Source: a virus (Duplodnaviria; Heunggongvirae; Uroviricota; Caudoviricetes). From it: a stretch of 64,000 bases of DNA. Within the stretch, counting starts at the first letter, position 1; the number at the start of each line of letters is the position of its first letter. The notes under the pieces were generated by a model. The model saw nothing but the letters and a program-made list of their open reading frames with translations, did no database searches and was not told the DNA's origin. Of this stretch, positions 21,273-31,175 are shown one piece after another. Location of the stretch: IMG/VR virus record IMGVR_UViG_3300028886_000065. One strand, 5' to 3'. Position numbers and translations under genes: made by a program.

Positions 21273-21690
21273 ACTTCCAGAGAATATGAGTTCCTAAATT
21301 GCTTGGGCGTTTGTCAACCACAATTCCGTATTCCTTGTAACCGATGCGTTGAAGTTCAACCCTGTCACCCTCACGCGGTAGAGTTCCCTCAGTCCATTCG
21401 TCCTGTTTCAGAGGCAACGCGAGCGTCCTATATGAGACATTGTATTCTCCATTGTCCGACGTAACGGATTTGTTGTCACTACGGCAAACTCCCTCGTAAA
21501 TCACAGAACCACCAACAGAAGTTTCGGTCTCTTGTGTAGTGTGCTCAACGGTTTCGCCGTCGAGACTATCTGTGACTTCATCCTGCATAGGATCGTCTTC
21601 GTCAACAACTTGGTCAACCAGAGGGTTGTCATTGCTGAATCGGACTATCCTGCAGGTATGAGGAAAGCGTGGGTTCTTGATTCGTGCCAT
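21259..21690 (-). CDS. Head closure or head-tail adaptor protein.
   Basis: 143 aa. Assignment rests on operon position only. Confidence 0.3.
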   Translation of the reverse strand: MARIKNPRFPHTCRIVRFSNDNPLVDQVVDEDDPMQDEVTDSLDGETVEHTTQETETSVGGSVIYEGVCRSDNKSVTSDNGEYNVSYRTLALPLKQDEWTEGTLPREGDRVELQRIGYKEYGIVVDKRPSNLGTHILWKYARN

Positions 21691-21723
21691 AACTTTTCAG
21701 CTACCGTGACCGAAGCATCAGCT

Positions 21724-22119
21724 TCAGGTCTCATATTTACGGATTTTATGAAAACCACTGCCCTTAAAGCCCCATCGGTTGCTGCCGAGCAGTGGCAAAT
21801 CATATTTCTTGTAGATGGCATTGGCCATACGCAGATAACGTTCCAGTGCGGATGCCGACATCTGTTCACCACCCTCAGAATGAGACCAGTCACCGTCTTC
21901 ATCGGAAACTTTTGCGGACTGAGTTGGACTCGTCCATATCCAAGCATACAAACCTGCCAAAGCAAGGTCTTTCTGCTTCTGACTCAGACGGGAAAACTCT
22001 GTACCCTCTGTAATCTCCAACTCTGCCAGAATACTCTGAATGGCATCGTCCGTAACTTCAATGTTACGGACTTTGCCTCTCAGATAGGTCTCTATCGTGT
22101 AGTTACATGCTATCGGCAT
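21724..22119 (-). CDS. Head-tail connector protein (gp6-like).
   Basis: 131 aa, immediately downstream of the major capsid gene. Confidence 0.35.
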   Translation of the reverse strand: MPIACNYTIETYLRGKVRNIEVTDDAIQSILAELEITEGTEFSRLSQKQKDLALAGLYAWIWTSPTQSAKVSDEDGDWSHSEGGEQMSASALERYLRMANAIYKKYDLPLLGSNRWGFKGSGFHKIRKYET

Positions 22120-22140
22120 AGTATCAAGTCACTTTGTGGG

Positions 22141-23277
22141 TTACTGTTCAGTCCAGACCGTAGCGATTCCGTAGTCATGGACGTTGTTGAACACGGGACC
22201 TGCATACAGCTCGCAGTCAACCACATTCATGATGGGGTCTTCCTGCCAACTGTTGCGAACTGCAATGCGACCTTCAACGAAGGAATAACGGGTAGAGGGG
22301 TCGAGACCGCCCATCTTCACACGGTCAACCAAGATGCTGTTCATGCACTTCATTTCAAACAAACGATATGCACGGCTGGCAGCAACAAGGTTGTGTTCGT
22401 CGAAGGCGGGGGCATCGGCAACGGGCTTGCCGTCTTCCTCGTGGCGGGACTTGAAGTCTATGACCTGGAAAGGCCAAATCTTCATGTCGTTGTGAAGCCA
22501 TTCAAGAACCTCACTGCGGTTAACCTTCACATTGGAAGGATTGTAGTAGTTCTTGCTGGCCTTGTAAGCCGAAAGGACGCTGGGGTGCAAGAGAATCTTG
22601 TCGAGCAGATTCTTCGAGAGCTTCCAGTGGTCAACACCAAGACTGAGCGTGTCGGTGTAGTAACGCTGGAAGGTGATGAAGTCCTCAATCACGTCGGCAC
22701 TGCTGTTGGCTGTGCCATCGGTGTTGAACCAATTCTTGCCTGCGTCGGGCTGGACGAAGTTCTCATCGGGAATCTGGAACTTGAAGTCGTAGCGAGCACC
22801 GTCAACAGCAACATCGTGAATCTCGCCAGTTGACATGGCCTGCATGACCATGTAGGTGAGTTCGTTGTGAACACCACCAAGCATGTTGCTTGAGTTCTGG
22901 ATGAAGCAGTCAACAAGAGACTCGCCAAAGGTGATGTCATTCAGCTTTGACACGCGGCGAAGTTCAATCAGGTCATCCTTCGTCACGTTGAAACCGTGAC
23001 CAACCTGCGGAAGAGTACCGCCGTAGAACTCCCAGCCTTGAGTGCTGCGCTGAGGCTTACCAGAATGAGTACCGATAACGCTGGCACGCACCAGAATCGG
23101 GGTCTTCTTGATACCCTGTTTCCATTCACGTTCGTTGGTAGGCTTACCCCACGAAGCAAACTGACGCCACAACGCACCGTTGTACTTGGCGTTCACATTG
23201 TCGAGGATCAGACCAAAGCTTTCAGAGTCAACATACTGATGAAGACCGCTGATACCGTAAAGATTTGTGTCTCTCAT
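22141..23277 (-). CDS. Major capsid protein (HK97-fold size class).
   Basis: 378 aa, between the scaffold/decoration genes and the connector genes. Size and position are typical. Confidence 0.7.
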   Translation of the reverse strand: MRDTNLYGISGLHQYVDSESFGLILDNVNAKYNGALWRQFASWGKPTNEREWKQGIKKTPILVRASVIGTHSGKPQRSTQGWEFYGGTLPQVGHGFNVTKDDLIELRRVSKLNDITFGESLVDCFIQNSSNMLGGVHNELTYMVMQAMSTGEIHDVAVDGARYDFKFQIPDENFVQPDAGKNWFNTDGTANSSADVIEDFITFQRYYTDTLSLGVDHWKLSKNLLDKILLHPSVLSAYKASKNYYNPSNVKVNRSEVLEWLHNDMKIWPFQVIDFKSRHEEDGKPVADAPAFDEHNLVAASRAYRLFEMKCMNSILVDRVKMGGLDPSTRYSFVEGRIAVRNSWQEDPIMNVVDCELYAGPVFNNVHDYGIATVWTEQ

Positions 23278-23297
23278 AATCTAATTCTCCTTTCTGT

Positions 23298-24020
23298 TTA
23301 CTTGCGGTTTGAGAAACGGAAATAACACTCGTTGTCACGAAGTGCCTTCTTCAGACTCGATGTGAGAGGAGGCATACGACGCTCCAAAACGGGCTTCTCC
23401 ATGCAGTTCCAAACGTAGTCGATGTCGATGGCATAGGCATCGGGATCAAGTACGTTATCGCAATAGGTGAGACCATTGGGAATGGCCTTGATTTTCTTTA
23501 CAGCGTCCGACTTGGCTTCTGCAAGTACGTCACCCTCTGCAATGAAGGCGTGGCTGTCTGCGACAACCTCATCCATCGTCAAGAGGTCGTAACCCGCATT
23601 GCTTGAATCAATAGCTGTCACGGTGGCGATGTTGGTCACAGCCTGACTGAGGTCGTCACCAACAACAAGAAGCTTCATTCCAACCTTGGCAATGCTGCCA
23701 GTCTCGTACTTCTCCACCTTGACGGTCTTGGCTACAGTGTCAACAGCCAAAACCTTGAAAGTGTAGATGGGAACGATGGTGCGAGCCGTCTCGTCGGCGA
23801 AGATAAGAGTTCCTGCGGCCATGGCTGCACCGTTCAAAGGCATCAAGTCCTTATCACACATGAAACCACCAACGGCAATCGTCGGCTTACCCTCGTAGCA
23901 CTTGCGAACACCACCAAAGTTCTTGCTAAACTTCACGTAGTTGTTAATTGTTCCTGTACGCATGTTACTTTGTTTTGTGTTGTGAATTTTCTGTTTGTCA
24001 AGGCTCTTTGTAGTGCGCAC
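23298..24020 (-). CDS. Head decoration or capsid-associated protein. The real start is possibly the internal Met at 23963.
   Basis: About 220-240 aa, between the scaffold and major capsid genes. Confidence 0.4.
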   Translation of the reverse strand: MRTTKSLDKQKIHNTKQSNMRTGTINNYVKFSKNFGGVRKCYEGKPTIAVGGFMCDKDLMPLNGAAMAAGTLIFADETARTIVPIYTFKVLAVDTVAKTVKVEKYETGSIAKVGMKLLVVGDDLSQAVTNIATVTAIDSSNAGYDLLTMDEVVADSHAFIAEGDVLAEAKSDAVKKIKAIPNGLTYCDNVLDPDAYAIDIDYVWNCMEKPVLERRMPPLTSSLKKALRDNECYFRFSNRK

Positions 24021-24038
24021 GGCGGTTTTTCCGTCGCG

Positions 24039-24863
24039 TTATACGAAGTCCTTTGCAATTGTGGCGGCATAATTCGCGCTGTCCTCGGCCTCTTTCTTCA
24101 AGGCTTCGATGCGGTCTTTTACAAAACCGCTATCACCACCACCATCACCTGAACCCTTACCACCGAAGGGCTTACCACCATCGGCATAGTAACGCTTGTA
24201 GCGTTTCTCATAGGCTGATATGGCGGTCTGCTTCAAAGCATCAAAGGTGGGATTGTCACCATATTCGATGTCATCCAAAGCATCGTCAATGCAAGCCTCG
24301 TTGTTCGCTTTCAGGGCAAGAAGATGTTTCTTGAGGTCGGATTTCACGCGAAGAAGGGCTGCGGTCTTCTCCCGCTCACTCTGATTCTTGACAAAAGCAC
24401 TGATGGTGGCAAGTGACTTTCCAAGTTCGCTTTCTGCGCCAGTCAAGCCTTGCAGGGCTTTGGCCACTGCATCGTTGACTTTCTGTTCAAGGTCGGCATC
24501 ACTGCTGCCGCCGCTACCATCACCACTCTTTTCGGGATGAGCCTTCTTGTATTCCTCGATGGCCTTTTCCGTTGCTACACGAATACGTTCTGCAACATCT
24601 TTCTCATGCTGCGTCGCATACTCCTGGGCGTAATCGGATTTGAACCTTTCCGTGAATACACGTTCGTCGTGGCGTTTCTGTCCTGCAAACTCGGTAAGAG
24701 CGGCGACAGGAAACTTCCACGTATCGTCGGTAATCTTGGAATCGTCGGCGAACAGAGGAAGGTACACGTTGGCGATACCCTCAAAGGTTTTGTCGCTGAT
24801 GGACTTGCAATTGTCTTCTCCAACGCGAGTCCTGAGATTTTGAATGAGAATGTCTTTCTCCAT
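24039..24863 (-). CDS. Scaffolding protein.
   Basis: 274 aa. Acidic, with coiled-coil-type KEAE-rich stretches and a Gly-rich tail. It is the first gene of the late minus-strand operon. Confidence 0.55.
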   Translation of the reverse strand: MEKDILIQNLRTRVGEDNCKSISDKTFEGIANVYLPLFADDSKITDDTWKFPVAALTEFAGQKRHDERVFTERFKSDYAQEYATQHEKDVAERIRVATEKAIEEYKKAHPEKSGDGSGGSSDADLEQKVNDAVAKALQGLTGAESELGKSLATISAFVKNQSEREKTAALLRVKSDLKKHLLALKANNEACIDDALDDIEYGDNPTFDALKQTAISAYEKRYKRYYADGGKPFGGKGSGDGGGDSGFVKDRIEALKKEAEDSANYAATIAKDFV

Positions 24864-24925
24864 AGTGTGTTTTGTTTTGTGTTAATTTTGGTGGCTTTTC
24901 TCGCCACTTTGTCATGAATTTTCCG

Positions 24926-24944
24926 CAAATGTATAGTAGATTTG
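24926..24944. promoter_or_regulatory. Divergent promoter region between the scaffold gene (minus) and the terminase gene (plus). CAAAtgTA (reverse-strand TAcaTTTG) overlaps TAgaTTTG on the plus strand.
   Basis: Both match the Bacteroidota -7 motif TAnnTTTG in the appropriate orientations. Confidence 0.3.
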
Positions 24945-24965
24945 CCTTTGTGAAAATATTTTATT

Positions 24966-27791
24966 TTGGAAATGTTTTGTTTTCCAAGTAAAAAATATTT
25001 GTATGAATACTTTACGAACTACCTTTGCGTCAAAAATGTAAAGATTATGACCAAACAAAACGACTATGCAGGCATTTGTGCCATTGACGGAAAACGTATT
25101 TATACGCAGGAATATGTAAGTCAACTCCGCACAAGGGAAGGAAACAAGAAGGACTCAAACTATTTCATCGCCCAGCAAGGAGCACAGGAATTTGGATTGA
25201 GCAGCGTCGCGGACATCATTGTATTCGGTGGAAATCGCGGAGGTGGAAAGGCAAATCCTTATTCAACACCTGTTGCTACACCGTCTGGACTCAGAAAAAT
25301 GGGCGACCTTGAAGTGGGCGATTTGATTTGCACGCCATACAACGGCGTTCAGAAAGTGAGCGAAATCTTTGAGCAGGGAGTGAACACGGTATATGTCTTA
25401 CACTTCGACGATGGATCAACCGTAAACTGCATGGATAACCACAGGTTCTGGGCGAGGACAAATCCAACTGAGGACTTCCACGAAATGACGGCAAGAGAAA
25501 TCATCGATTTATATAAGATTGGTGCGCCATTTCCTCTTTCATTGAGAAAAGGAGTAAAGAGTTTCGTGGAGTTCCCGCTGTGTGGAGAGGTCGAAATGAA
25601 CGAGAAAATGACAGCTATTGACCTGCCGATACACCCGTTCTTGCTCGGATATATCAGTGGAACTGGTTTCTGGAACTTCGCACTGACAGGTGTCAAACTT
25701 ACCAAAGACCAATTCCTCGTACGGAGATTTTGTTCGTTCGGCTACAAGGTGAGAAAAAACAGACAAAACGGATTCTACTACCTCAGGGGTTTGTCGGACG
25801 ATAACAGGAAACGGATAACGTGTAGCCGTCAGGAACAACCTGCAAGAATACCTGCGGAATATAAGACCGCATCCATTGCTGCAAGGTGGGAATACCTGCG
25901 AGGGGTCATGTTCCAGAAAGGGCGTTCAATGCACAAGCACCCATATCTCGCGCTACCGAACAAAGAACTGATTGAAGACGTTGCAGAGGTCGCTCGCTCG
26001 CTCGGTATATGGGCAAAAGTTTCGCAGATTGAAGATGATCCTGAAAGAATAGGATTCTGGAAAGTTTCGTTCGTTGCACCTAATGACGGAGATTTGTTCG
26101 CAAGAGTGAACTTCAAGCAGAGAGCACATATCAACGCGGAAGTTCCAAAGAAACCAAACGCAAGGAATGTACTCACGAAAAAACTCCAGTGCATCACAAA
26201 ATCGAAACACCGACAGAATTGCCGCTGCATAACAGTGACGGGAAGAGACCATCTTTACTTGACAGACGCTTTCACCATCAACCACAACACGGTTACGATG
26301 TTGATGGAACCAATGTATGACATCAAGAACAAACATTTCAACGGAATCATCTTCCGAAAGAACAAAGACGATTTCGAGAATATCATCAACGAAAGCAAAA
26401 GATGGTTCTCTGACATCGGACGTTACAACAAGTCCAAGGACGATATGACGTGGAACTTCAAGTCGGGGGCAAAACTCGGACTGACAATCTACGACATGCC
26501 AATGCACGACTTCGACATAAAATATAGAGGACAACAGTTTGCATACATAGGGATTGACGAACTGCCTCAGATGCCGTTTGAAATGTTCAAGTTCCTTATG
26601 ACGGCAAACAGAAACACGGTGGGAGTTCATTCAAGGATTCTTGGAACGTGCAACCCAGACCCGCTTTCGTGGCTCAGAAAGTTTATTGACTGGTGGATAG
26701 GAAAGGAAGATACCATCTACGCCGACGGTCTCATGCACCCCGAACGCAAAGGTTTTGCAATTCCTGAACGCGATGGCGTCGTTCGATATTGCTACATGCC
26801 GGATGATTCCGTTGACAACATCATTTGGGGAGATACACCAGAAGAAGTTTACGAACAGTGCAAAGACATGATTGACGATGCGTGGGATCCTGAATGGGAG
26901 CAATATGGCTACACTAAGACATCATTTTTCGTCAAGTCTGTAACTTTCATCAAAGCAAGTTTGAAAGACAACAAGGCACTTCTGAAAAACGACCCAGGTT
27001 ATATCGCCTCTCTACTCAACCAGCCGCCAGAGATTCGGGCGAGAGAGTTTGACGGGAATTGGGATATTGTCAAAATGGGAGATGATATAATTCAGGCATA
27101 CCACCTTGACAAAATTTTCCAGAATGCACAGATGATTGGCGATGGAGTGAGAAGGGCAACGTGTGACGTGGCAGGTACGGGAGGTGACAACTGCGTGACG
27201 TGGTTCTGGATAGGACACCATGTAGCTGATGTATATGTATGCCGTCGAGACCCATATACAACCGTGGATTTGCTCAAAGCAAAACTACAGGAATGGGGAG
27301 TTTTGGAACAGAACTTCGCTTACGACCTAAATGGTATGGGACAAGTTCTGAAGGGGGCTTTCCCAAAAGCAATACCGTTCAACAACCAAGAAGCAGTAGA
27401 TCTCAAAGACAAGCACCTCTACGACAACAAGAAGTCGCAATGCGCATACAAGTTCGCAGAACGTACACAGCAAACAGGATGGAGTATTGAGCAAACACTT
27501 CTCAAGAAGAAATACAAAATAGGCAATGAAACAAAAACTCTTTACGACATTCTTCAACTGGAACGGAAATGCGTGAAACAGGATATGTCGAAAGAAGACA
27601 AGGGATGGTGTCTTATCCACAAGGAACAGATGAAAAACAAAGCCGTCGTAGGACATTCACCAGACTTCTTCGAGGCTCTGTTCATGCGAGAAATCTTCGA
27701 CATCAAACACACACAAGCCGTCATACCTTCGTGGTTACACAGGTCAAACCGTGTAAAATCAATCAGGAGATTAACAACACATAAATCCTAA
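24966..27791 (+). CDS. terL: Terminase large subunit interrupted by an intein. The precursor is 941 aa (an alternative start at 25047 gives 914 aa). The predicted spliced product is about 570-595 aa.
   Basis: The N-extein ends ...FGGNRGGGK and the C-extein starts TVTMLMEP..., which restores the Walker A motif GGNRGGGKT. Walker B is AYIGIDELPQ and motif III is GTCNP. A C-terminal RNaseH-like nuclease region carries ATCDVAGTGGDNCVTWFW. Confidence 0.85.
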   Translation: MEMFCFPSKKYLYEYFTNYLCVKNVKIMTKQNDYAGICAIDGKRIYTQEYVSQLRTREGNKKDSNYFIAQQGAQEFGLSSVADIIVFGGNRGGGKANPYSTPVATPSGLRKMGDLEVGDLICTPYNGVQKVSEIFEQGVNTVYVLHFDDGSTVNCMDNHRFWARTNPTEDFHEMTAREIIDLYKIGAPFPLSLRKGVKSFVEFPLCGEVEMNEKMTAIDLPIHPFLLGYISGTGFWNFALTGVKLTKDQFLVRRFCSFGYKVRKNRQNGFYYLRGLSDDNRKRITCSRQEQPARIPAEYKTASIAARWEYLRGVMFQKGRSMHKHPYLALPNKELIEDVAEVARSLGIWAKVSQIEDDPERIGFWKVSFVAPNDGDLFARVNFKQRAHINAEVPKKPNARNVLTKKLQCITKSKHRQNCRCITVTGRDHLYLTDAFTINHNTVTMLMEPMYDIKNKHFNGIIFRKNKDDFENIINESKRWFSDIGRYNKSKDDMTWNFKSGAKLGLTIYDMPMHDFDIKYRGQQFAYIGIDELPQMPFEMFKFLMTANRNTVGVHSRILGTCNPDPLSWLRKFIDWWIGKEDTIYADGLMHPERKGFAIPERDGVVRYCYMPDDSVDNIIWGDTPEEVYEQCKDMIDDAWDPEWEQYGYTKTSFFVKSVTFIKASLKDNKALLKNDPGYIASLLNQPPEIRAREFDGNWDIVKMGDDIIQAYHLDKIFQNAQMIGDGVRRATCDVAGTGGDNCVTWFWIGHHVADVYVCRRDPYTTVDLLKAKLQEWGVLEQNFAYDLNGMGQVLKGAFPKAIPFNNQEAVDLKDKHLYDNKKSQCAYKFAERTQQTGWSIEQTLLKKKYKIGNETKTLYDILQLERKCVKQDMSKEDKGWCLIHKEQMKNKAVVGHSPDFFEALFMREIFDIKHTQAVIPSWLHRSNRVKSIRRLTTHKS
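25251..26288 (+). mobile_element. Intein (346 aa) inserted in the terminase P-loop between Lys and Thr. It has Hint blocks and a LAGLIDADG-type homing endonuclease domain. The N-terminal residue is Ala, as in class-3 inteins.
   Basis: Block A/B: ...VYVLHFDDGSTVNCMDNHRFWA. LAGLIDADG-like motifs: FLLGYISGTGF and WEYLRGVMFQKG. Block F/G: CRCITVTGRDHLYLTDAFTINHN, followed by the +1 residue Thr. Trp (block B), Cys (block F) and Thr (block G) are in the WCT positions. Confidence 0.7.
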
Positions 27792-27804
27792 CATACCTTA
27801 AAAT

Positions 27805-29586
27805 ATGGCAGACAACATCACACAAACACAGTTCAAGGTAAGAGACCTTCTCACGAAGAAACCTTTTACCCGTATCATGCCCGATGGCCACTATGACCAC
27901 GGCTACACTTGGAATGAAGTGTCAGAAGTGCCACTCACACAAGACAGACTGCGACGCAAAATAGTTACGCAGGAGGATTTCATGCGAGAACTTGACCCTG
28001 CCGGACACCTCATCAATGACAGAGAACTTTTCCCTGACATCTGGCAGAAAAATGAGGAAGACGGGAAATGGTACGTACAGGAGATTCCCAGATATGCCTT
28101 CTCGTACCAGCAAATCATACTCGTAAAGCATCTGACACACCTTTGCGGAAACGACATTCAGTTTGAATTGTCGGACAAGAGAGTAACGGACGATACCAGA
28201 AATGTTTTCAACCAACACCGTAACGGGTGGGCGAACAAAAACATGGAAACGGCATGGTATCAACTGGCAAAGTCAGTCAAGGCAACGGGCGACGGCGCAT
28301 TTGTAGGTTTCCTTGACAAAGGTAAGTTCGGATGGAAAGTTTTGTCTTTCCTCAATGGCGACAAACTTTTCCCTCACTATGACCTGCGAACAGGAAAACT
28401 CAGCACGTTCGCACGAACATATTCCAACTACGCAGAAGATGGGACAGTCACAAAAAGGTACATTGATGTATGGGATGAAACATACTACTACCGATTCGTG
28501 GCAGATGGTGATCCAACCTCATTGCTCGATAAGGCAAAGCAGATTATATTCAAACTATTCTCTACCGATGGCTACAAACTGGAATGGATGGAACAGCATG
28601 GGTTCGATGATATTCCAGTAGCATACCATCGTGACGATAACGGACCGTGTTGGACGTTCTCGGAAGAGAGCATAGAAAACTATGAGATTGCTTTCTCAAA
28701 CCTCGCTCACAGCAACCATGACTTCGGACTTCCTATCATGTATGTAAAGGGCGAAGGTAGTGAGGAACTGACCACAAACGATATGTCCTATGCCTCGAAG
28801 ATTATGATTCTGCCGTCGGACGGAGAAATAGGATTCCTCAATCGTCAGGATGCAAGCAGCGCATACAAAGCAGAACTTGACAAACTGGAAGACAATATCT
28901 ACAAGCAGTCTTTCGCTGTCAAGACACCTGAACTGAAGTCGGGTGACACACCGGGCGTATCACTCAAAATCATGTATTCGGATGCCTACGAAAAGGCAAT
29001 GAACGATTCACAGGAATACGACGGTGCTGTTGACAAGATTATTGATATTTTCACTTGGGGCTACGGCATCGAATGTGAACAGCGACTTGCGTTCATCAAC
29101 ACAAACATTCGCCACTACATTGAACCGTATATCCACCTCAACATGACGGAACTCACGACCAACCTCAATACTGCCGTTGTCGGTGGTTTCCTATCCAAGC
29201 AGACAGCATCAGAAAAACTACCCTACTCTACCCCACAGGAATGGGAACGCATACTGGCTGAGAAGAAGGAAGAACAGGCACAAGACCTACTGCTGACAGA
29301 GCAGAAACTTGAAATCCAATCCGACATTACCATCAAACAGTCTGAGGCTCTCGCGGAAATCGAAGCTGACCATACACAAGAGACTACCACAACGACGGGT
29401 GTGGATGAAAGTGGAAATAAGACGACCACGAAAGGCAGTTCACGGAAACGTACCAAAGGCAGCGTAGCTACTGGCCATGGTAGGAAGAATAAGTCTGGTA
29501 AGACGTGGGATGAAAACGGAAACGAGGTCGATCCTGCTACGGGTAAGGCTAAGTCGAAGTGGGATAAGTGGGATGCAACTCATTAA
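27805..29586 (+). CDS. Portal protein.
   Basis: 593 aa, immediately downstream of terL, with an acidic/basic C-terminal tail. Size and synteny are typical. Confidence 0.75.
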   Translation: MADNITQTQFKVRDLLTKKPFTRIMPDGHYDHGYTWNEVSEVPLTQDRLRRKIVTQEDFMRELDPAGHLINDRELFPDIWQKNEEDGKWYVQEIPRYAFSYQQIILVKHLTHLCGNDIQFELSDKRVTDDTRNVFNQHRNGWANKNMETAWYQLAKSVKATGDGAFVGFLDKGKFGWKVLSFLNGDKLFPHYDLRTGKLSTFARTYSNYAEDGTVTKRYIDVWDETYYYRFVADGDPTSLLDKAKQIIFKLFSTDGYKLEWMEQHGFDDIPVAYHRDDNGPCWTFSEESIENYEIAFSNLAHSNHDFGLPIMYVKGEGSEELTTNDMSYASKIMILPSDGEIGFLNRQDASSAYKAELDKLEDNIYKQSFAVKTPELKSGDTPGVSLKIMYSDAYEKAMNDSQEYDGAVDKIIDIFTWGYGIECEQRLAFINTNIRHYIEPYIHLNMTELTTNLNTAVVGGFLSKQTASEKLPYSTPQEWERILAEKKEEQAQDLLLTEQKLEIQSDITIKQSEALAEIEADHTQETTTTTGVDESGNKTTTKGSSRKRTKGSVATGHGRKNKSGKTWDENGNEVDPATGKAKSKWDKWDATH

Positions 29587-29611
29587 GTAGTGTGCCAGGC
29601 GGTTTCCCCGC

Positions 29612-31036
29612 TTGGAAAAGAATATGGCTAATTCAATCAAAATAAAACTTGATACGTCGCAGTATAGATTGCCAACACAGGAAGAAATTACTTCTGCAAA
29701 GCAATTTATATTGCGGCGCAACGATTATGCAAGGCTTTTAGAGTCAAAAGTGGATGACAGCCTTGAAGACGCAGCACAGAACATCGTGAGGATTTGCTAT
29801 AAGTACAACGTTGACCCGAAGGAGTTTGCCATCAACAGCAAGTACAATGAGAAGATGATGGAAGAGATTGCCGCCGTCATGGATGAACTCGAAGAAGAAA
29901 TCCTAAACCTCATCTTCGACTACTCTACAGCCACTGTGCCCGAAGCATCAGATTCGGGAAAGAAAGCATTACTCGCATGGATAGCCACGCTCGGAAGAGG
30001 AAACCGCAACCTCCAAGAAACGCTCGATACATACCTATACAAAACGCTCAAAGATTGGGAGGCTGCAATAGCCGCTCTTCGGTTCGCTAATGTAGCAATG
30101 GCAGAGGCGGTAACAAAAGTGAAGTCCAACCTACATTCCATCTATACCATGCCAGAGGTGACGGAGGCTTTCAAAAATGCAGACGATTTCAATGCAACAT
30201 ACATTCAAAGTCATGGGGTCATGGCTGGAGGTGTCGGTCTTTCCAATAACGGAAGCACGAATGTAACCAACATGGCACGGCTTACCCTTCAAATGGCTTG
30301 GATGAGAGAACAGGGCATAGAGTTTGACGAAAGCGGAGCAGCCGGATATTATCAGCTCAGAGGTAGTTCCTACCCTTGCTCAATATGTGACGATGAGGTT
30401 GGATTTCACAAAGGACTGGAAGACATATACACAAAACCATATCCGCACCCGCATTGCTGCTGTTACAGAATACCAATATTTCCCTTGGGAACAGAAGGTG
30501 TCATTGAAGATGATGAGGAATCATTATCGGAAGTTCAAGTACACACACCAGATGATCTGCCAGACGAACTTTTTGATATTTATAATGACCCTGCAAATGG
30601 TGTTTCATTCAAAATAGCAAAGGATATTGATACAAGTAAAAGCGACTATCAAGACTTGTTGATGATTGCATCCGAATTTGCAAAGATGGGCGAATCTGTT
30701 GCTATCCTAAGACCTTATCACGTTAAAAGCAATGAGTACAGTATTGTTTTTGGCGCATTACAGGGAACAAAATATTGGGGAAAGAACCCAGACCTTCTCG
30801 TTGGAGATAAATTCTATGAATATGAGAGCTATGTCAGACCTTATACCAACAAAAAAATAAGTCGTATGCTTTCACATGGGATGGCTCAATCAGACAAAAT
30901 CATTATCGACAACAAAGATAAACAGGAAGATTGGTATATACAAAAACTTATTGAAGCACGGCTAAGGGTTGGTGCAACAATCAATGAAGTTTGGCTTTTG
31001 GAGAGTACAGGAATACGAATCTTATTCCAACAATAA
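29612..31036 (+). CDS. Head morphogenesis protein of the MuF/SPP1 gp7 family, with a C-terminal extension domain of about 130 aa.
   Basis: It carries the conserved YPCSICDDEVGFHKGLEDIYTKPYPHPHCCCYR (HP-x-CRC-like) MuF motif. It is downstream of the portal. C-terminal residues about 340-474 form an extra globular domain. Confidence 0.75.
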   Translation: MEKNMANSIKIKLDTSQYRLPTQEEITSAKQFILRRNDYARLLESKVDDSLEDAAQNIVRICYKYNVDPKEFAINSKYNEKMMEEIAAVMDELEEEILNLIFDYSTATVPEASDSGKKALLAWIATLGRGNRNLQETLDTYLYKTLKDWEAAIAALRFANVAMAEAVTKVKSNLHSIYTMPEVTEAFKNADDFNATYIQSHGVMAGGVGLSNNGSTNVTNMARLTLQMAWMREQGIEFDESGAAGYYQLRGSSYPCSICDDEVGFHKGLEDIYTKPYPHPHCCCYRIPIFPLGTEGVIEDDEESLSEVQVHTPDDLPDELFDIYNDPANGVSFKIAKDIDTSKSDYQDLLMIASEFAKMGESVAILRPYHVKSNEYSIVFGALQGTKYWGKNPDLLVGDKFYEYESYVRPYTNKKISRMLSHGMAQSDKIIIDNKDKQEDWYIQKLIEARLRVGATINEVWLLESTGIRILFQQ

Positions 31037-31175
31037 AAGGGAACCTTTCGATTCCCTTTATTGAGGCGACGTGCCGTGGCACACGCTAACTTCTTATGAA
31101 GCTGCTGCAAAAGTACATCTTTTATCTGAACCTACAAAATAAAATTGAAGGAAAATAACAAAAACACATAAAATT

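Noticed and set aside
21532-22833. Long plus-strand ORF (433 aa) antisense to the connector and major capsid genes
   Set aside because: It lies wholly inside well-supported minus-strand structural genes. Its translation is V/L/G-rich low complexity. It is a typical antisense artefact of a GC-biased third codon position.
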